A stretch of DNA of 64,000 bases from Squalus acanthias (taxonomy: Eukaryota), in assembly GCA_030390025.1 (NCBI GenBank), contig JASTWF010000031.1:1550001-1614000 (forward strand), in the 5' to 3' direction. Both the position numbers and the translations under genes were made by a program. Below the pieces are notes generated by a model that worked only from the letters and a program-made list of their open reading frames with translations, was not told where the DNA came from and did no database searches. Shown one piece after another: positions 12,606 to 25,935 of this stretch. The stretch's first letter is position 1, and each line of letters opens with the position of its first letter.

Positions 12606-13503
12606 ATTAATTTACAAATTGAAATAAACAGTTAAAGTGCAGCATATTAAGTGATTATTGGTAGTCTTCCACACTACAACTTGGTTTGATAACTTGCAAA
12701 AATATGAACAAACAATTCAAGCATTTGCATTATTAAATGAGCTAAATTATGTTTCATTGTATATGTATTTATTGATGCTAATTTTTTGTGTTTCTTTTAA
12801 TCCTAATTTTATAGTACTGCATAAGAATGGAATTTTCCACACTGAATTTAATTTGTTTGTAGATTGTCCAAGACGAGAGTAATTCAACCTTGAAAGTGAA
12901 TCTCAACCACTGGTTGTAACATCAGCACAATTTTATTAGTCTCAAAAGTCAAATCTTTATATAGTCTCGGGTTTAACATTAGTGAAAATGCCTGAAAAAA
13001 TATAAAATGACAAGTCTGTTTAGTTTACACAAAATAACTTCCCCTTACTCCAAATACAAATGTGGAATTGCACTTGGTGCAAATGGTGCGAAATGTGTGA
13101 CTTTATTATTATAGCCTGTGTTTTGTTTAATTTAGAGTGTCAATATTTCTGTATTTTTCCGTTCTACTAGTCTCATGTGTTTTAAAAAAGATTAAGAATT
13201 GCACAGAAATTCATATGAAAATCTGGGTGAATTAGCCTTATCCAATAAAGTGGACTACTGTATTCAGTCCCTCAACAAATTAGTTACTTCTTATAAATTA
13301 TAATGTAAGAACAGATTTTACTTGCATTCTATACATAATGTATTTTACTGAAAATTATCTGTAAAATGAGGCTGCTCATTGCTTTACTGGAGGTTTCACT
13401 TATCTAATTTCTGCTACACAGACATTGTTTTAAATAAAGGGTAATTCTGAGAAAATTCTCAGGCAATGCCAACAACTTCTCCTTTTCTTTATGGTCTGTT
13501 TAG

Positions 13504-13735
13504 TTCCATGATAAAATTGATCCAATGCTAGAGTCTCTGGAACACATTGCTGATCGGATGCGGATGCCTCCATCAATACCCGCCGAGGTTGAGAAGATCA
13601 GAGAGCACATCAACGAGAACAAAAATATTGCAATGGAGCTCGAAAAACTTCAGCCGTCTTTTGAAGCTCTTAAACGTCGTGGTGAGGAGCTGATTGGACG
13701 GTCATCTGGAGCGGATAAGGATCCTGCAGCTAAAG
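13504..13735 (+). CDS. MACF1: MACF1 exon 7: [10 protein letters not shown]...DPAAK
   Basis: tttag|TTC ... AAAG|gtattg; 232 nt, phase 0 to 1. Confidence 0.93.
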
Positions 13736-13837
13736 GTATTGAATTTTAAGTTTACTTCTAAACTTCTAAATTTATATACAATTACAAGTCTATTCGCCAT
13801 TGTAAAGGCTGCTGTCATTATATGCATTGTTGAATGA

Positions 13838-14005
13838 AAAAACTTGCATTTTATATGGTGCTTTACACCATGTCGCAACATACCCAAGTGCTACACAGCC
13901 AATTAATTATTTTTGAAGTGTAGTCACTATTCTAATATAGACAAATGAAGCAGCCAATTTGTGCAGCGCAAGCACCACAAACCGCAGAGAGTTGAATGAC
14001 CAGCT
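13838..14005 (-). mobile_element. Deu-SINE 3' fragment
   Basis: Reverse-complement similarity to the 3' part of the SINE at 19055-19504. Confidence 0.65.
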
Positions 14006-14790
14006 AAGTTCAATTCTGTTATTCAAGTATGTAAAGGTGTTTTTCAAGCAAATGTAATTAAGTAACCTACCCATTAAAATCATCACAAGTATAACTGATT
14101 CATTCAATTGTTCAGCGTTGCATAATTGAATGTGTTCTTTATGCTTGTAATAACCTTCCAACTCACTAAAAAGTGGTAAAGCTTAACGTAAGAGAAAGAT
14201 CTCGCTGCCTTTAGGTGGGGAAGTGCTTCAGTCCTGTATCTGGTTTATTTGGGGGAATAAAACCGTCAATAATGCATTTCACATTCAATGACAGAAAGCA
14301 AAGCATCCTTTTGTGTTTAAGTTGTGCAGCTTGTTTAGGTTTTCTCAGCTGGGAGAGATCTCAAGCATGGTGTACTTAAACAGATTCAATTGTATTATGC
14401 ATTTATCAAAGGCTGTAATCATTCTATTTCCATCTCTGAGATGGGGACTTCAAGTGTGTTGATTATTAGAATTTGTTGCATGTTACTGCATTTTTGGCTA
14501 TTTAATACTGTTTTACACTAATAAAAATTCTCTCAGCATTTGCCTCCAGTTGAGGAGTAACTGATCCGTTTTGGATAGGGTTCGACGCAGTCAGCATTAT
14601 CAAACAGCTCTGAGTAGTCAGATAATTGGTTTTTGAAGTGTTTGACATGTGTAATATTGTTACCTTTCATTGTCTACTCTGATGGCCATCTTTCTGGCAG
14701 CATTCAACCTTCCTGCAACCATAGATTAGGAACAGGAACACCACCTTAAAGATTCTAGCTTACTTTTTTTTCCAATTTGTAATGCTTTAG

Positions 14791-15017
14791 CCATTCAAGA
14801 CAAATTGGATGAGATGGTATTCTACTGGGAAGATATCAAAGCTCGTGGTGAAGAGAGGGATAATAAGCTTCTGGATGTACTTGACTTGGCTGAAAAGTTC
14901 TGGTATGATATGGCTGCCCTGCTGACTACCATTAAGGACACACAGGACATAGTGCGAGACCTGGAGAGTCCTGGTATTGACCCCTCAATCATTAAACAAC
15001 AACAGGAGGCTGCAGAG
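14791..15017 (+). CDS. MACF1: MACF1 exon 8: (A)IQDKLDEMVFYW...QEAAE
   Basis: tttag|CC ... GAG|gtatgg; 227 nt. Confidence 0.93.
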
Positions 15018-15234
15018 GTATGGATATGGCTCAAATATGGAAAACTTTACGATACTTTATTCATAGTTCGTATGAAAGAATCACTGTTTTGGGCATGCTC
15101 CAAATATTTATTAATTGTATTTGTCTTGTTCGGCATCACAAAAAAAAGCTTGCATTTTTCTAAAACAGTAGATTATAGTGTGGTTAGCACACAGGATTAA
15201 TAACAATTTCCTGGTAATATTCTGTTGATTTCAG

Positions 15235-15357
15235 ACTATTAAAGAGGAGACAGATGGGCTCCATGAGGAACTGGAATTTGTGCGAATCCTGGGAGCAGAC
15301 CTCATCTTTGCTTGTGGAGAATTTGAAAAACCAGAAGTGAAGAAAAGCATAGATGAG
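15235..15357 (+). CDS. MACF1: MACF1 exon 9: [10 protein letters not shown]...KSIDE
   Basis: ttcag|ACT ... GAG|gtaaaa; 123 nt. Confidence 0.93.
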
Positions 15358-15417
15358 GTAAAATATTAATAGAAATAATGATGAATAAGGAATAATGTAT
15401 GTGCAGCTTGATACTAA

Positions 15418-15451
15418 TATGTTAGAACTGGACTATGTTAGAACTGGACTA
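15418..15451. repeat. 16-bp tandem duplication
   Basis: tatgttagaactggac x2. Confidence 0.85.
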
Positions 15452-16178
15452 AGAGACCAACAGGTTAGAAAGGCCATGAGACTAGAGCTATGTTATTTGA
15501 TATTTTATTAATTGAATATTTAAGTATATTCCATCATAAAAGCAGTACAGTATCTCCTAACAGTAATACTATTGAAGACACCATAACATGTCATGCAACA
15601 TAATGTATATTTGCATATAGCGCCCCCTCTAATGCTTTTTGATGACTCCTAAAGACCTTCCCTAGGTCTAGAATACTTTGATTAAATGGACAATTCAGTA
15701 TTTTGCATAATAACATGTTAATGTTCTGCTGAACAACCCCTGTTTGTTCAGATCATAATTTTTCAGCAAAAATGAATTTTAATAGCCCACCCATTTGGAC
15801 AATCAAAATGCATGTTATTGTTTTATCATAAATCAGTTTTATGTGAATGATGAGATATGACTTCAGTGTTGTAACATGAAAAATGGCTGGCTTAATGAAA
15901 AATCAGTTAATTGTTTATTTGAGAGTTAAATCTTGAAGTAGCATTATAATAAGTACGACTAAAATCTAAACCTCAGAAGCAAGAGCTCTCAATTTATTAC
16001 CTGTCATACTGTGAGCAGCAAGTAGCAGCCTGATATATTGATTTGTCATACAATTGCTACCTTGACTGGCAGGTGCTTTGTTGGGAAAATATGAATAAAG
16101 TATAAGTGAGCTTGATTGAATGCAGAGGGGATCAGTGAACAGGAAGTATTAGACTCTGCAGGTAGTTTCCAGGGGATG

Positions 16179-16535
16179 TCGCCCCTCCCTATCTCTGTAA
16201 CCTCCTCCAGTCAACAACCCTCCGAGATCTGCACTCCTCCATTTCTGGCCTCTTGCACATCCCTAATTTTCACCACTGCACCATCAGCGGCAGTGCCTTC
16301 AGCTACCAAGGCCCTAAGTTTTGGAACTCCCTAAACTTCTCTGCCTCTCCACCTTTCTCTCTCCTCCTTTAAGATGCTCCTTAAAACCTACCTCTTTGAC
16401 CAAACTTTTGGTTATCTGTCCTAATGTCTCCTTATATGACTCGGTGTCATATTTTGACTGATTACGCTTCTGTGCAGCGCATTAAGACATTTTACTATGT
16501 TAAAGGCGCTATATAAATGCAAGTTGTTGTTGTTG
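16179..16535 (+). mobile_element. L2-type LINE 3' end
   Basis: cccctccctatctctgtaacctcctccag...ccttaaaacctacctctttgacc...ggcgctatataaatgcaag(ttg)n tail. Confidence 0.75.
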
Positions 16536-16582
16536 TACCGTCATGTTTCCATTCTGATAGATTGTGTCATAACTATTTCTAG

Positions 16583-16684
16583 CTCAATTATACTTGGGAT
16601 AACCTGAACAAAACATGGAAGGAGCGGATGGACAAACTAGAGGAGGCCATGCAGGCAGCTGTCCAATACCAAGATGCATTGCAA
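16583..16684 (+). CDS. MACF1: MACF1 exon 10: [10 protein letters not shown]...QDALQ
   Basis: tctag|CTC ... CAA|gtaagg; 102 nt. Confidence 0.92.
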
Positions 16685-16774
16685 GTAAGGAGTGTTCTGC
16701 ATAGAGTCTATCTATATGTGAATACAGTTCTAATTTGGATGATGGTTCCTAATCTGGTTATTTTTACTTTTTAG

Positions 16775-16876
16775 GCAATGTTTGACTGGCTGGATAACAC
16801 TGTAATAAAACTTGGTGAGATGTCTCCAGTTGGCACAGATATCAACACTGTGAAGCAACAAATAAATGAAATGAAG
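16775..16876 (+). CDS. MACF1: MACF1 exon 11: [10 protein letters not shown]...INEMK
   Basis: tttag|GCA ... AAG|gtgtgt; 102 nt; preceded by a 90-nt intron. Confidence 0.92.
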
Positions 16877-17064
16877 GTGTGTTAATGTTACAGCAGAATA
16901 ATACAGAACACGCACAAAACTTTAAAAAAGCAGCATGAAAATAGAAAACAAAAGTATCTCAACTTTTTGCTTTTTCTGTGATTCTCATCCATTTTATATT
17001 AGCTTCATCTAAAATGAACATTTGTTCCTTTACTGGATTGAAAATATCTACCGAATATCCAATG

Positions 17065-17400
17065 TTGAATGGTTCAGCTGGTTTTTAGGCAGTGAATAGC
17101 TGAACCATACTGAGCACAAGGTGCCAGGTTTGTACTGACTTGGGCAGCAGCAGTGGCATTACTATTGGCCTCAACCATTGGGTTCGGATGGGGAACATCC
17201 CTAGACTTCGTGAGGACAGAATCAAGCTCGCTCGGCTGTCCCCTTCATTTTAGTCACTTGCTGACACTACTGTCTACACTCGCATATAAGTATAGTCATT
17301 CGGCAAGGTACCGGAGGGTGACCGATGTCCATGGACCTGCACCGTAGCAACGCGCCAACATTTTAAGAAAAGATGAGGGGAGAAAATTGCTGGAAAAAAT
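17065..17400 (+). mobile_element. Old SINE-like repeat (same family as 49495-49870 and the split copy around the CR1)
   Basis: Similar to the reverse complement of 49495-49870; ends in gaggggagaaaattg..aaaaaa. Confidence 0.5.
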
Positions 17401-17522
17401 AGATGGGGGAAAAACTGTCATCTGATGGCTTTGATTTTAAATTTGTTACATTCTTAACTGCATGAAATGAATGTGCCCTAATGGATGACACTTAACTTTC
17501 CCACTGTATTTGCATTCCACAG

Positions 17523-17696
17523 GAATTTAAAATGGAGGTTTACCAGCAGCAAATAGAGATGGAAAAACTGAACCACCAGGGGGAGCTACTGCTAAAGATA
17601 GCCTCAGATGACACTGACCGAGACGTAATTCAACAGCCACTCACCGAGCTCAAACACCTCTGGGAAGATCTGGGAGAGAAGATTATTCACAGACAG
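17523..17696 (+). CDS. MACF1: MACF1 exon 12: EFKMEVYQQQ...IIHRQ
   Basis: cacag|GAA ... CAG|gtacaa; 174 nt. Confidence 0.93.
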
Positions 17697-18343
17697 GTAC
17701 AAGAGGGCCTGGTGTAACCAAGATTCCCGAGTGCTGTTTTTCATACATTTATAATCCACGTACATACCTTTGCCAGTGTATCTTACAGATGAGGGAAGAA
17801 TATCTGAAAGTCCATGAAAGGAAACGGGCCGTGGCAGTTGTGCAATCAGTTTGGTTACTTACATTCAGCAAATTAACATACAGTGAAGGGCTTGGGGAAA
17901 AACATCATGACCAAGTTTTGATATTAGATACAGCATCAAACTGACCAGAAATACAAGTCCCATGTTGTAAAGTACTTAATTTTATCAAAAAGGTATTAAG
18001 TATTGTGAAGCCATGCCTTCATCTCTTATCAGATCCCTCCTGATAGTCGTGGTCAACATAAACAACTGCCGTTCTGAGACTTTGTCTCCAAATCAGTGCA
18101 AGCAGAGATTGATGAGTGTCAAAGTCGGTTTGAAAATAGATTTGTGCACTATATGACGAGAAGCAAAAATTAAGAAAATGTGCCTCCAGCATCGTGTGAA
18201 TTCTGGTGTTATTGTAGCAGAACTGAGCAGACTTCATTTCTCGTGATGTATTTGATTTAAAAGACAAAATGAAACAAACAAATAGTATTTTAACATAATA
18301 TGAGCCACAATTTGTAAATAATAGGGACAGATGCTGATATTAT

Positions 18344-18740
18344 GTGAGGAATTTTAGCATGGGTGCGGGAGGTGGGGTTAAATGGGCAAAAAATCAAAGC
18401 ATGTCGGGAAGCTGGCTCCAACCCGCCGACTTCCAGGTTTTACTGAGAGGCGGGGTAAGAGGCAGGCAGCCAACCCGCTCCCAAGAGGCAGATTGGCATT
18501 TTAAATATGTCAATGAGGCTGGAAGCCTCAGATTTAACCTGCTTTGGAGATTTTAGTGTGACCGGCCGGGTTTCCCGGGCCTCAGGAAATCTGGCAGCTG
18601 CAACGAGGCGAGGACAGCCTCAGGGAGAAGGTAAGTGGGCGAGAAGGCGCAGGACTGCTTCCTCCCGGCCCTCAAGCTCCCCCACCGTCAGAATTAAATC
18701 TCCACAACGTGCCGGGAAACCCAAAATTTCCCCCCCCCCC
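18344..18740. mobile_element. GC-rich MITE, Harbinger-like, degenerate ends
   Basis: GTGAGGAATTTT ... AAAATTTCCCCC termini; flanks TAT/CAT; sharp GC-rich island. Confidence 0.5.
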
Positions 18741-19054
18741 CATGAGTCTGCAACATACAGATATTTTCACAGACATTTACATCTAGAAAAACTTAAGAAT
18801 AAAATTATTCCATACCAAGTGTACTGTAAATAACTTAATCATACTTTCTTAATCCTTGAATGAGGCCATATAATTTTTTCTTAAAGCAAGTGAAATTTAG
18901 ACTTGTGTATTCTTAATTTAATCTCATTATTTAATTTTTTATTGTGAGTAAAAGCTGCACAATATCACGGTAAGAATAAAAGAGAACAAAATTTTTTGTT
19001 GATTTCCACAAACATTATTTTGGGGGAATACACAGAAACCTGCAGATAATTCAT

Positions 19055-19504
19055 TGTGTGTCAGCCGTTGGTAGCACTCTCGCCACTGAGTCAGGAGGTT
19101 GTGGGTTCAAGTCCCACTCGAGACTTGAGCACAAAAATCCAGGCAGACCTGTGACAGTGCAGTACTGAGGGAGTGCTGCACTGTCAGAGGTGATACCTTT
19201 CAGATACGGCATTAAACCGAGGCCCTGTCTTCCCTCTCCGTTGCACATAAAAGATCCCACGCCACTATTCGAAGACCACCACCGGAGTTCTCCCCGGTGT
19301 TCAGGCCAATATTTATCCCTCAACCTAAAACAGATTATCTGGTCATTATATCATTGCTGTTTGTGGGACCTTGCTGTGCACAAATTGGCTGCCATGTTTC
19401 CGACATTACAACAGTGACTACACTTCAAACATACTTCATTGGCTGTAAAGCGCTTTCGGGCGTCTTCAGGTCGTGAAAGGTGCTATATAAATGAAAGTCT
19501 TTTT
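19055..19504 (+). mobile_element. Near full-length tRNA-headed Deu-domain SINE (SacSINE1-like)
   Basis: Pol III box B ggttcaagtccc (19104-19115), central cagtgcagtactgagggagtgctgcactgtc, L2-like 3' tail tgtaaagcgcttt...aggtgctatataaatg. Confidence 0.8.
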
Positions 19505-20313
19505 CACTAATAATACAACTTTACCATCGTGATCGGTTAAACAAAACTTGAGGATATTAAGGATTTTTGAGAGTTTGCTAATACTGGGGCAATATTTTAA
19601 CAAGGCAGAGTAGCGAGAATCATCTGAATTCCATATGCCTGATTTTGTTAACCAGATTCAAGTACTGCTTAAGAAATGCTGTATTGCCAGTAAACGATCC
19701 AATAAAGGTTACAGTGAAATAACGTTCCACTACAGGTGTACCTCCATATACATAAAGCAAGAATTGGGGAAGGGCTGGTGGATTTAGTAATCTTTTCTAA
19801 CATAAGAGTAAACAAATTTTGCAGTTTATTGTGTACATTTTTATCCAGTACAGTTCTGCTATTAGGCATATTGACTGCAAAGCAGCTGAATGTCCTTCCT
19901 CCTTTATTTATCTCTCCCATATTTCACACCATTCCCTGGTAAGAAAGCAGGGAGGTGACCTGCTCCCAGACCACTGTTGTTCCCACTCTTAATGCAACTA
20001 CTAGGAGGTGCACAAGAGTAGGCATGTGTGCTTGCCTATCGCTTCCCAGACACCATGGATGGCACCAGAACCACTGGCCCATGTCTTGCCACTCTGAAGT
20101 ACAGTAGTTTGTCACACAAGCACACTGACCATGAAGTCCTGTTTGAATAGTGGGTGCTTGATAGTTTTTTTTCTATATTCTGAATGGCTGGATGTTTCTT
20201 TGCAGGCCTAAGCTGAAGGGAGTCTTTTGGGAGATATTTCTGAGAATATGATGTAACATTTGTTCTGGCCACATGTATATTCTGACTGATTGTGAATTTT
20301 TTTTTCTCCACAG

Positions 20314-20469
20314 CATAAGGTGGAGGGTGCCCTGCTGGCACTGGGTCAGTTTCAACATGCATTGGCTGAACTTATGTCCTGGCTGAATCATACAGAGGAA
20401 CTGCTGGATGGACAAAGACCAATTACTGGGGATCCAAAAGCCATAGAAATTGAACTTGCCAAGCATCAT
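20314..20469 (+). CDS. MACF1: MACF1 exon 13: [10 protein letters not shown]...LAKHH
   Basis: cacag|CAT ... CAT|gtatgt; 156 nt. Confidence 0.93.
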
Positions 20470-21388
20470 GTATGTCAAAATAATATATTCATAACACCAA
20501 GTAGATTGAGTTATCTGTCTGCAAAATATTTATCTTAAATAACGATATATTGTGCCATAGAATAATATATAACTAATATCAAGTTACGAGGTAATATTAA
20601 GAGTTTTGGATGATGCCTTAAATCAAGAAAACATGGCTGTTTTATGCATTATGCGTGTTGTATTAATGACACTTTCATTACAGCCTTGGACTCCCTCATA
20701 AATTTAGGTTATATTTTTATTTATGTTTTAAGATCCATCATAGAGCTGTACAAGCTCAACATTCTCTGCCGCACGCACTCTTCTGTCAGTGTGTGTATAG
20801 TATAGTGCAGGACAGTAGAGTTAATCTTGTACAGTGTCAAAAATTCATCATGGCTGAATTCACCTTTTGAGGTTTGAAGGTAGAGAGAGATAAAGTAAGG
20901 AGAGATGAGTCAAGAATGCGTAGCCATGATGGCTGAACGTTCAATTACTGATGGTGACGCTGAGGAAGGTGGGGGAGGGTATTCCGAAGGCCAGTATCAG
21001 AGGAGTAAGGGTGCAAACTGGAGGATTGGGAGAGGTTGCGAAGGTAGGTGGAGGGTGGGGGGTGAGGCCACAGAGCAAATTGTGCTGACGGTGTGGATTT
21101 TTAAAGCAGTGTGTTGGAGGATGAGAAGCTATTTGGAGGGTGATGGCTGGACTTAGTATGGGATAGGATAGAGATGGCAGAGTTTTACACAAGTTGGAGC
21201 TTCTGTAGGATAGACCTCAGGAGGCCAGAGAAGTGTAGGTGTCAGAGGTTCCACCTGCCTTTTCTCTACAGGTGCTGAGGATCTGCTATGTATTTCCAGT
21301 GATTACTGTTTTATTTTAAATTAAGGGTTGTTGGATCTAGGTAACCTGTGCGTGCACGTTTCAGTAAATGGAACTTTAATTCCCACAG

Positions 21389-21586
21389 GTCCTGAAGAAT
21401 GATGTCCTTGCCCACAAGTCAACAGTCGACACTGTAAATAAAGCTGGGAATGAGCTTCTGGAGTCGAGTGCTGGGGAGGATGCCAGTAACCTAAAGCGTC
21501 GACTGGACAAGTTAAATCAGAACTGGCAGTCGCTGCTTCAGAAAACTGAAGGGAGAGAGCAGCAACTCGAGGCTGCTCTGCAGCAG
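21389..21586 (+). CDS. MACF1: MACF1 exon 14: [10 protein letters not shown]...AALQQ
   Basis: cacag|GTC ... CAG|gtatgc; 198 nt. Confidence 0.93.
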
Positions 21587-21849
21587 GTATGCAATGGGAG
21601 GAGGCTACAGGAGGCATTGGTTTTTAATACTTGCATTGGGCAAAGACAAATTACTATCAGATCTCACATGGCACTGCATATGATGCTGTCTTATAATAAT
21701 GAGGTAATGCACAATATATTTTATGGTACTACATTTAATCTATAATTGCCCTCTCTATTCATCCTGAGGCCAATTGCAAATTAATTGGCATAGATCAAGG
21801 AAGTTTGCAGACTGCTGGGCACTTGCGAATTTCTGGCTGTAGGTCAACC

Positions 21850-22760
21850 TATAAGCCTCAACTGGCGCTTATGGTAAAGCATTCCATGTTCTTAAAAGCC
21901 TTTTATGAAAAGAAATTCCTGTAACTTCCCTTTATCCTTCTGGTGACCCTGAGTTTAAGCCCATCATTCACCAATCAATGGAAATAATCTTTCACTATCT
22001 GCCCTCTTAAAACGCTTCATAATTTTGAAAATCTCTTAGATCCTCCCTTAACTGGCTTTGTTCCAGTGAAAGTCTTAATTTTTCCAGCAGTCTTTCATAA
22101 CAAATCTCTCATTTCTGGTATCATTCTAATCAATATTTGTACCCGTCCCATGGCTCAAATATTTGTCCTATAATGGAGTTCCCAGAATCGGCAACTATGG
22201 CCTAACCAGTGTCTTCTACAATGTTAGCATCACTTCTGATTTTGTATTCAGTGTCCCTATATATAAAACACGGAATCTCATTAGCTTTTTTTTGGATCTT
22301 CTATGGCAGCTGTTAAAGATCTGTGTATCTGTACCCTTGGATCTCTCTGTTCCTCCACTCTGTTAAGAATTCTGTAGCTTAGGGTACACTTCAATTATTT
22401 CTTCCAAAATGTACTACAGTACCTAATAGTTCTCTGCATTACACTGCATCAGCCACTTATCTGCCCACTCTACTAACCTGTCTGTATTCTGCATTGTTCT
22501 CCACAGTTTGCCATGCCCTCTGAATTGCTACTATCAGCAAACTTCAACATCATTCCACTTATGCCTATATCCAAATAATTTGTATAAATAGGAAATAAAG
22601 CATGTCACAGCGCAGGTGCAGGGCTCACCAATACCCACCAATCTGAAAGATGTCCATTCAGCTGTAGTCTTTGCGTTCTGTCCCCTACCCATTTCTCTCC
22701 ATACAGCTCCATTCAAATTAATATGTACCTTAATTTTCGCAACTTGTTGCATGAAATGAC
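21850..22760 (-). mobile_element. Degraded CR1 LINE fragment
   Basis: Diverged similarity to the minus-strand CR1 copies at 36091 and 46637. Confidence 0.55.
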
Positions 22761-23088
22761 TGCCCTTTTTCATATAATTTTGGTACTTTGAGGTGTGATG
22801 ATTGCTCTTAGAACTTTTAGGTAGCCACAAATGTAGATTTTTTTTTTGTGCACTTTATGATTACTGTACTTAAGTTCTGATCTAATTTGAGTTAATCTTA
22901 AATGTGTGCTTCAGTACAAATTAAATAACAAAGCAGCTATTTCAGGTATAACTGAAACCTTCTTCCATGGTACTTTCATCTATTGAATTCTGCTGTTACT
23001 GACGTTTGATTTCTGTATTATCAGTAGACATTAGCGGCCTTTATTAGTCAACTGCTACTTTTTCTGAACGATGCCTCTTGTTTTGTAG

Positions 23089-23217
23089 GCTGAAGGATTT
23101 CATGGAGAGATTGAGGACTTTTTGCAGTGGCTGAGCCGAGTTGAGAATCAATTGGCAGCATCTAAATCCACTGGCGGTTTACCTGAGACAGCCCGGGAGC
23201 AACTCAACGCACACCTG
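23089..23217 (+). CDS. MACF1: MACF1 exon 15: AEGFHGEIED...LNAHL
   Basis: tgtag|GCT ... CTG|gtaacc; 129 nt. Confidence 0.92.
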
Positions 23218-24795
23218 GTAACCAGTTTGGTTATCTCCTTCAGAAGCAAAAGATTTAACTAAACAATGTCCTTTATTGTTTTCATATGATGGAATTTAAC
23301 TGGACTTTTGTTTTTTAAGTATCTCCTTTAAGGTATCCATATGTAGTCTGTAGGAGTTTCAATGCTGTCTTTTATTCAGACATTTAGTAGCATTTCATAT
23401 GTGTGCTGCATTCTTTATCTAAATCCAACATGAAATGTATTTCATGTAACTCCTCTTGTGGTGGGAAAAGTAGCTCACTGAAGGCAGAAAAGGGGTGGGG
23501 AGGCGGGGGAGAAATAGATCAAATTACAGAAACGAAATTCAAAGGCAAGTTCACAGTAACAGAACTAGACTTGTCAACTTGTCCAGCTGTGAGAACATCA
23601 TGGACATTCATCTCATTTAATGGCTGCCATTGAAAATTTGTTACAGAAGTAGTCAGCCATGCATGAGAGAAATCTTAAATGGCCACAGTCCTGCACTGTT
23701 AATCTAGATCTCTCAGGCACCCCACCCAAAATGACAGTATAAATCCTGATTTAACAATTCAAGAGTTTAGACTCCTAAAATATTTTAAATGCTAAGCCTC
23801 ATATGACGAGACAGCCCACAAAGATGCTTCGACCAGAATCAAGGAGGGGCCTATCCCAGCTACAAGCTCAACAGTTCATGTATCAGAGCTTTTGGCAGAA
23901 GACTTCATTGAAAAAACTACTAATTTATACATTGTTCTTCCAGTTTATATCACTCATTTACAGCACTTTTCCCTGAGCAAGCTTTTACCAATACCTCTCT
24001 GCAGCTGGTCACTACGATGTGCTCTAGATTAGTGCCAGTCGATTTGTTTCCCCCTTCCAGATTAATCCTGGGAACTCTCCCAGAGATCATGGTGCAGACA
24101 ATCATCCCATCACCTTGTGGCATAGTGTACTTATTGCTGTTTTTACAAATTGCGTTGAGTTCCCCGTCAAGATCCAAAGAACACAAGGACTCATCTATAT
24201 CATACCAAAAAGTTAGAAGAATGTTCAATATAAACTTGAACCAGTCACATTAATGCACAATATCAGCCAATGTTCTTAAACTTTTGGGGCTGAAATTGTG
24301 ATGTGCAATATTAATGTGTTAATGCCATTGTATGAAATCCATCTACTGTTTTATTTTACCAAAAGAGTGGACAGTGACATTTTATTAAAATGCATTGAGG
24401 TGTTTTTTTACTAATTATGCACAGTGAATTTCTCTTAGTCTCCTGAATGTTTATATTTTTAAGGAGTACAAAGCGCAAGTTGTGAACCAGCTTTCCTGTA
24501 CATTTAAACATCCTAGAGTAAAACACCAGCTCTATTATGACACTAATCAGTTACAGATGTTTGCCAATGTATTCTGCTGCAAATAATGTGTGACAAAATT
24601 ATACAGTGATTTCACAAAATATATGTATGTAAAAGGTCTTCTACAGTAAACAGATAAATATAATTAAAATAAAGGAAAAAAACTTGAGTGAAGAGAAACT
24701 GTTTACTGACTATGCTAACAATAGACAAATAATAACATTTCAGTTGACAATCAAGCACAAGGACTGGTTGTAAAGATTGCTTTTTGTTTTTTTAG

Positions 24796-24966
24796 GAACT
24801 CTACACGGAGTTTTGTGCGAATGAGGAGCCGTACAAAAACCTGCACGAGAAAGGCCGGCTGTTGCTGTGTAGCCGTGATGACACTGCAGGATCTAATGTT
24901 GAACAGTGTGTGGCATTATTAGAACAGAAGTGGCAATTGATGAGCACCAAGATGGAGGAAAGGAAG
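24796..24966 (+). CDS. MACF1: MACF1 exon 16: ELYTEFCANE...MEERK
   Basis: tttag|GAA ... AAG|gtagga; 171 nt. Confidence 0.92.
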
Positions 24967-25166
24967 GTAGGAGGACCAGCAATATTAGCAACATCAACAG
25001 TGTGAGGATAGGAATGTTTAAAAAAAAAAAGTTATACCACCATTATTCCGAGTAGGAGGACGAAGACTTATAATATGGAGAACAGCAGTGTTAGTTCTTG
25101 GTGTATTTAATGTTTCTCTCCAGCACTCCTAGATTTTATTGAACTTCTCCTATTTTTCTTTTTCAG

Positions 25167-25322
25167 ACCAAGTTGGAGGAGGCTCTCCATCTCGCAACAG
25201 AGTTTCAGAATTCCTTGCAGGATTTCATTAACTGGCTTACACAGGCAGAGCAAAGCCTGAACATCGCAGCTCCTCCTAGTCTTATACTCGATACAGTCCT
25301 TTTCCAGATTGATGAACACAAG
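25167..25322 (+). CDS. MACF1: MACF1 exon 17: [10 protein letters not shown]...IDEHK
   Basis: ttcag|ACC ... AAG|gtattg; 156 nt. Confidence 0.93.
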
Positions 25323-25454
25323 GTATTGGAGTTCTGGATTAGACTTTGTGTAGAGGGAGCTAGGGATGGCAGACTCATGTGGGGGACTGAGGATGGGAAA
25401 AGCAGTATTGCCTCACCCCAGGGGACTAGGAATGGCAAGACTGTTTCATTTCAC

Positions 25455-25935
25455 TTCTTGGGATGGGAATGGGGTGACTGTTCAATACTGGGGATGGAAA
25501 TGGGATGACTGTCTGAAACTGGGGCTGGGAACGGGGTGACTGCCTGAAAATGGGAACGAGGTGACTGTCGATACTGGGGATGGGAACAGGGTCACTGCCT
25601 CAATACTGGGGATGGGAATGGGATGACTGCCTCAAACTGGCGATGGGAATGGGATGACTGCTCGATACTGGGAATGGGATGACTGCCACGATGCTGGGAA
25701 TGGGGTGACTGCCTCGATACTGGGAATGGGGTGACGGCCACGATGCTGGGAATGGGGTGACTGCCTCAATGCTGGGAATGGGAATAGGGTGACTGCTCGA
25801 TACTGGGGATGGGGTGACTGCCTCAATGCTGGGAATGGGAATAGGGTGACTGCTCGATACTGGGGATGGGGTGACTGCCTCAATGCTGGGAATGGGAATA
25901 GGGTGACTGCTCGATACTGGGGATGATAAGACTGC
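25455..25935. repeat. G-rich minisatellite with ~25-32 bp units and a 57-bp higher-order unit
   Basis: Unit gggatgggaatggggtgactgcctcaatactg; the minus ORF repeats HPQYRAVTLFPFPALRQSP three times. Confidence 0.9.

Noticed and set aside
15619-15634. CTCF-like motif (agcgccccctcta), and ccactagtgg near 54290
   Set aside because: Only half-site matches; not supportable without ChIP data
19055-19130. tRNA gene
   Set aside because: It is a SINE head with box B but no full cloverleaf, and it continues into the SINE body and tail
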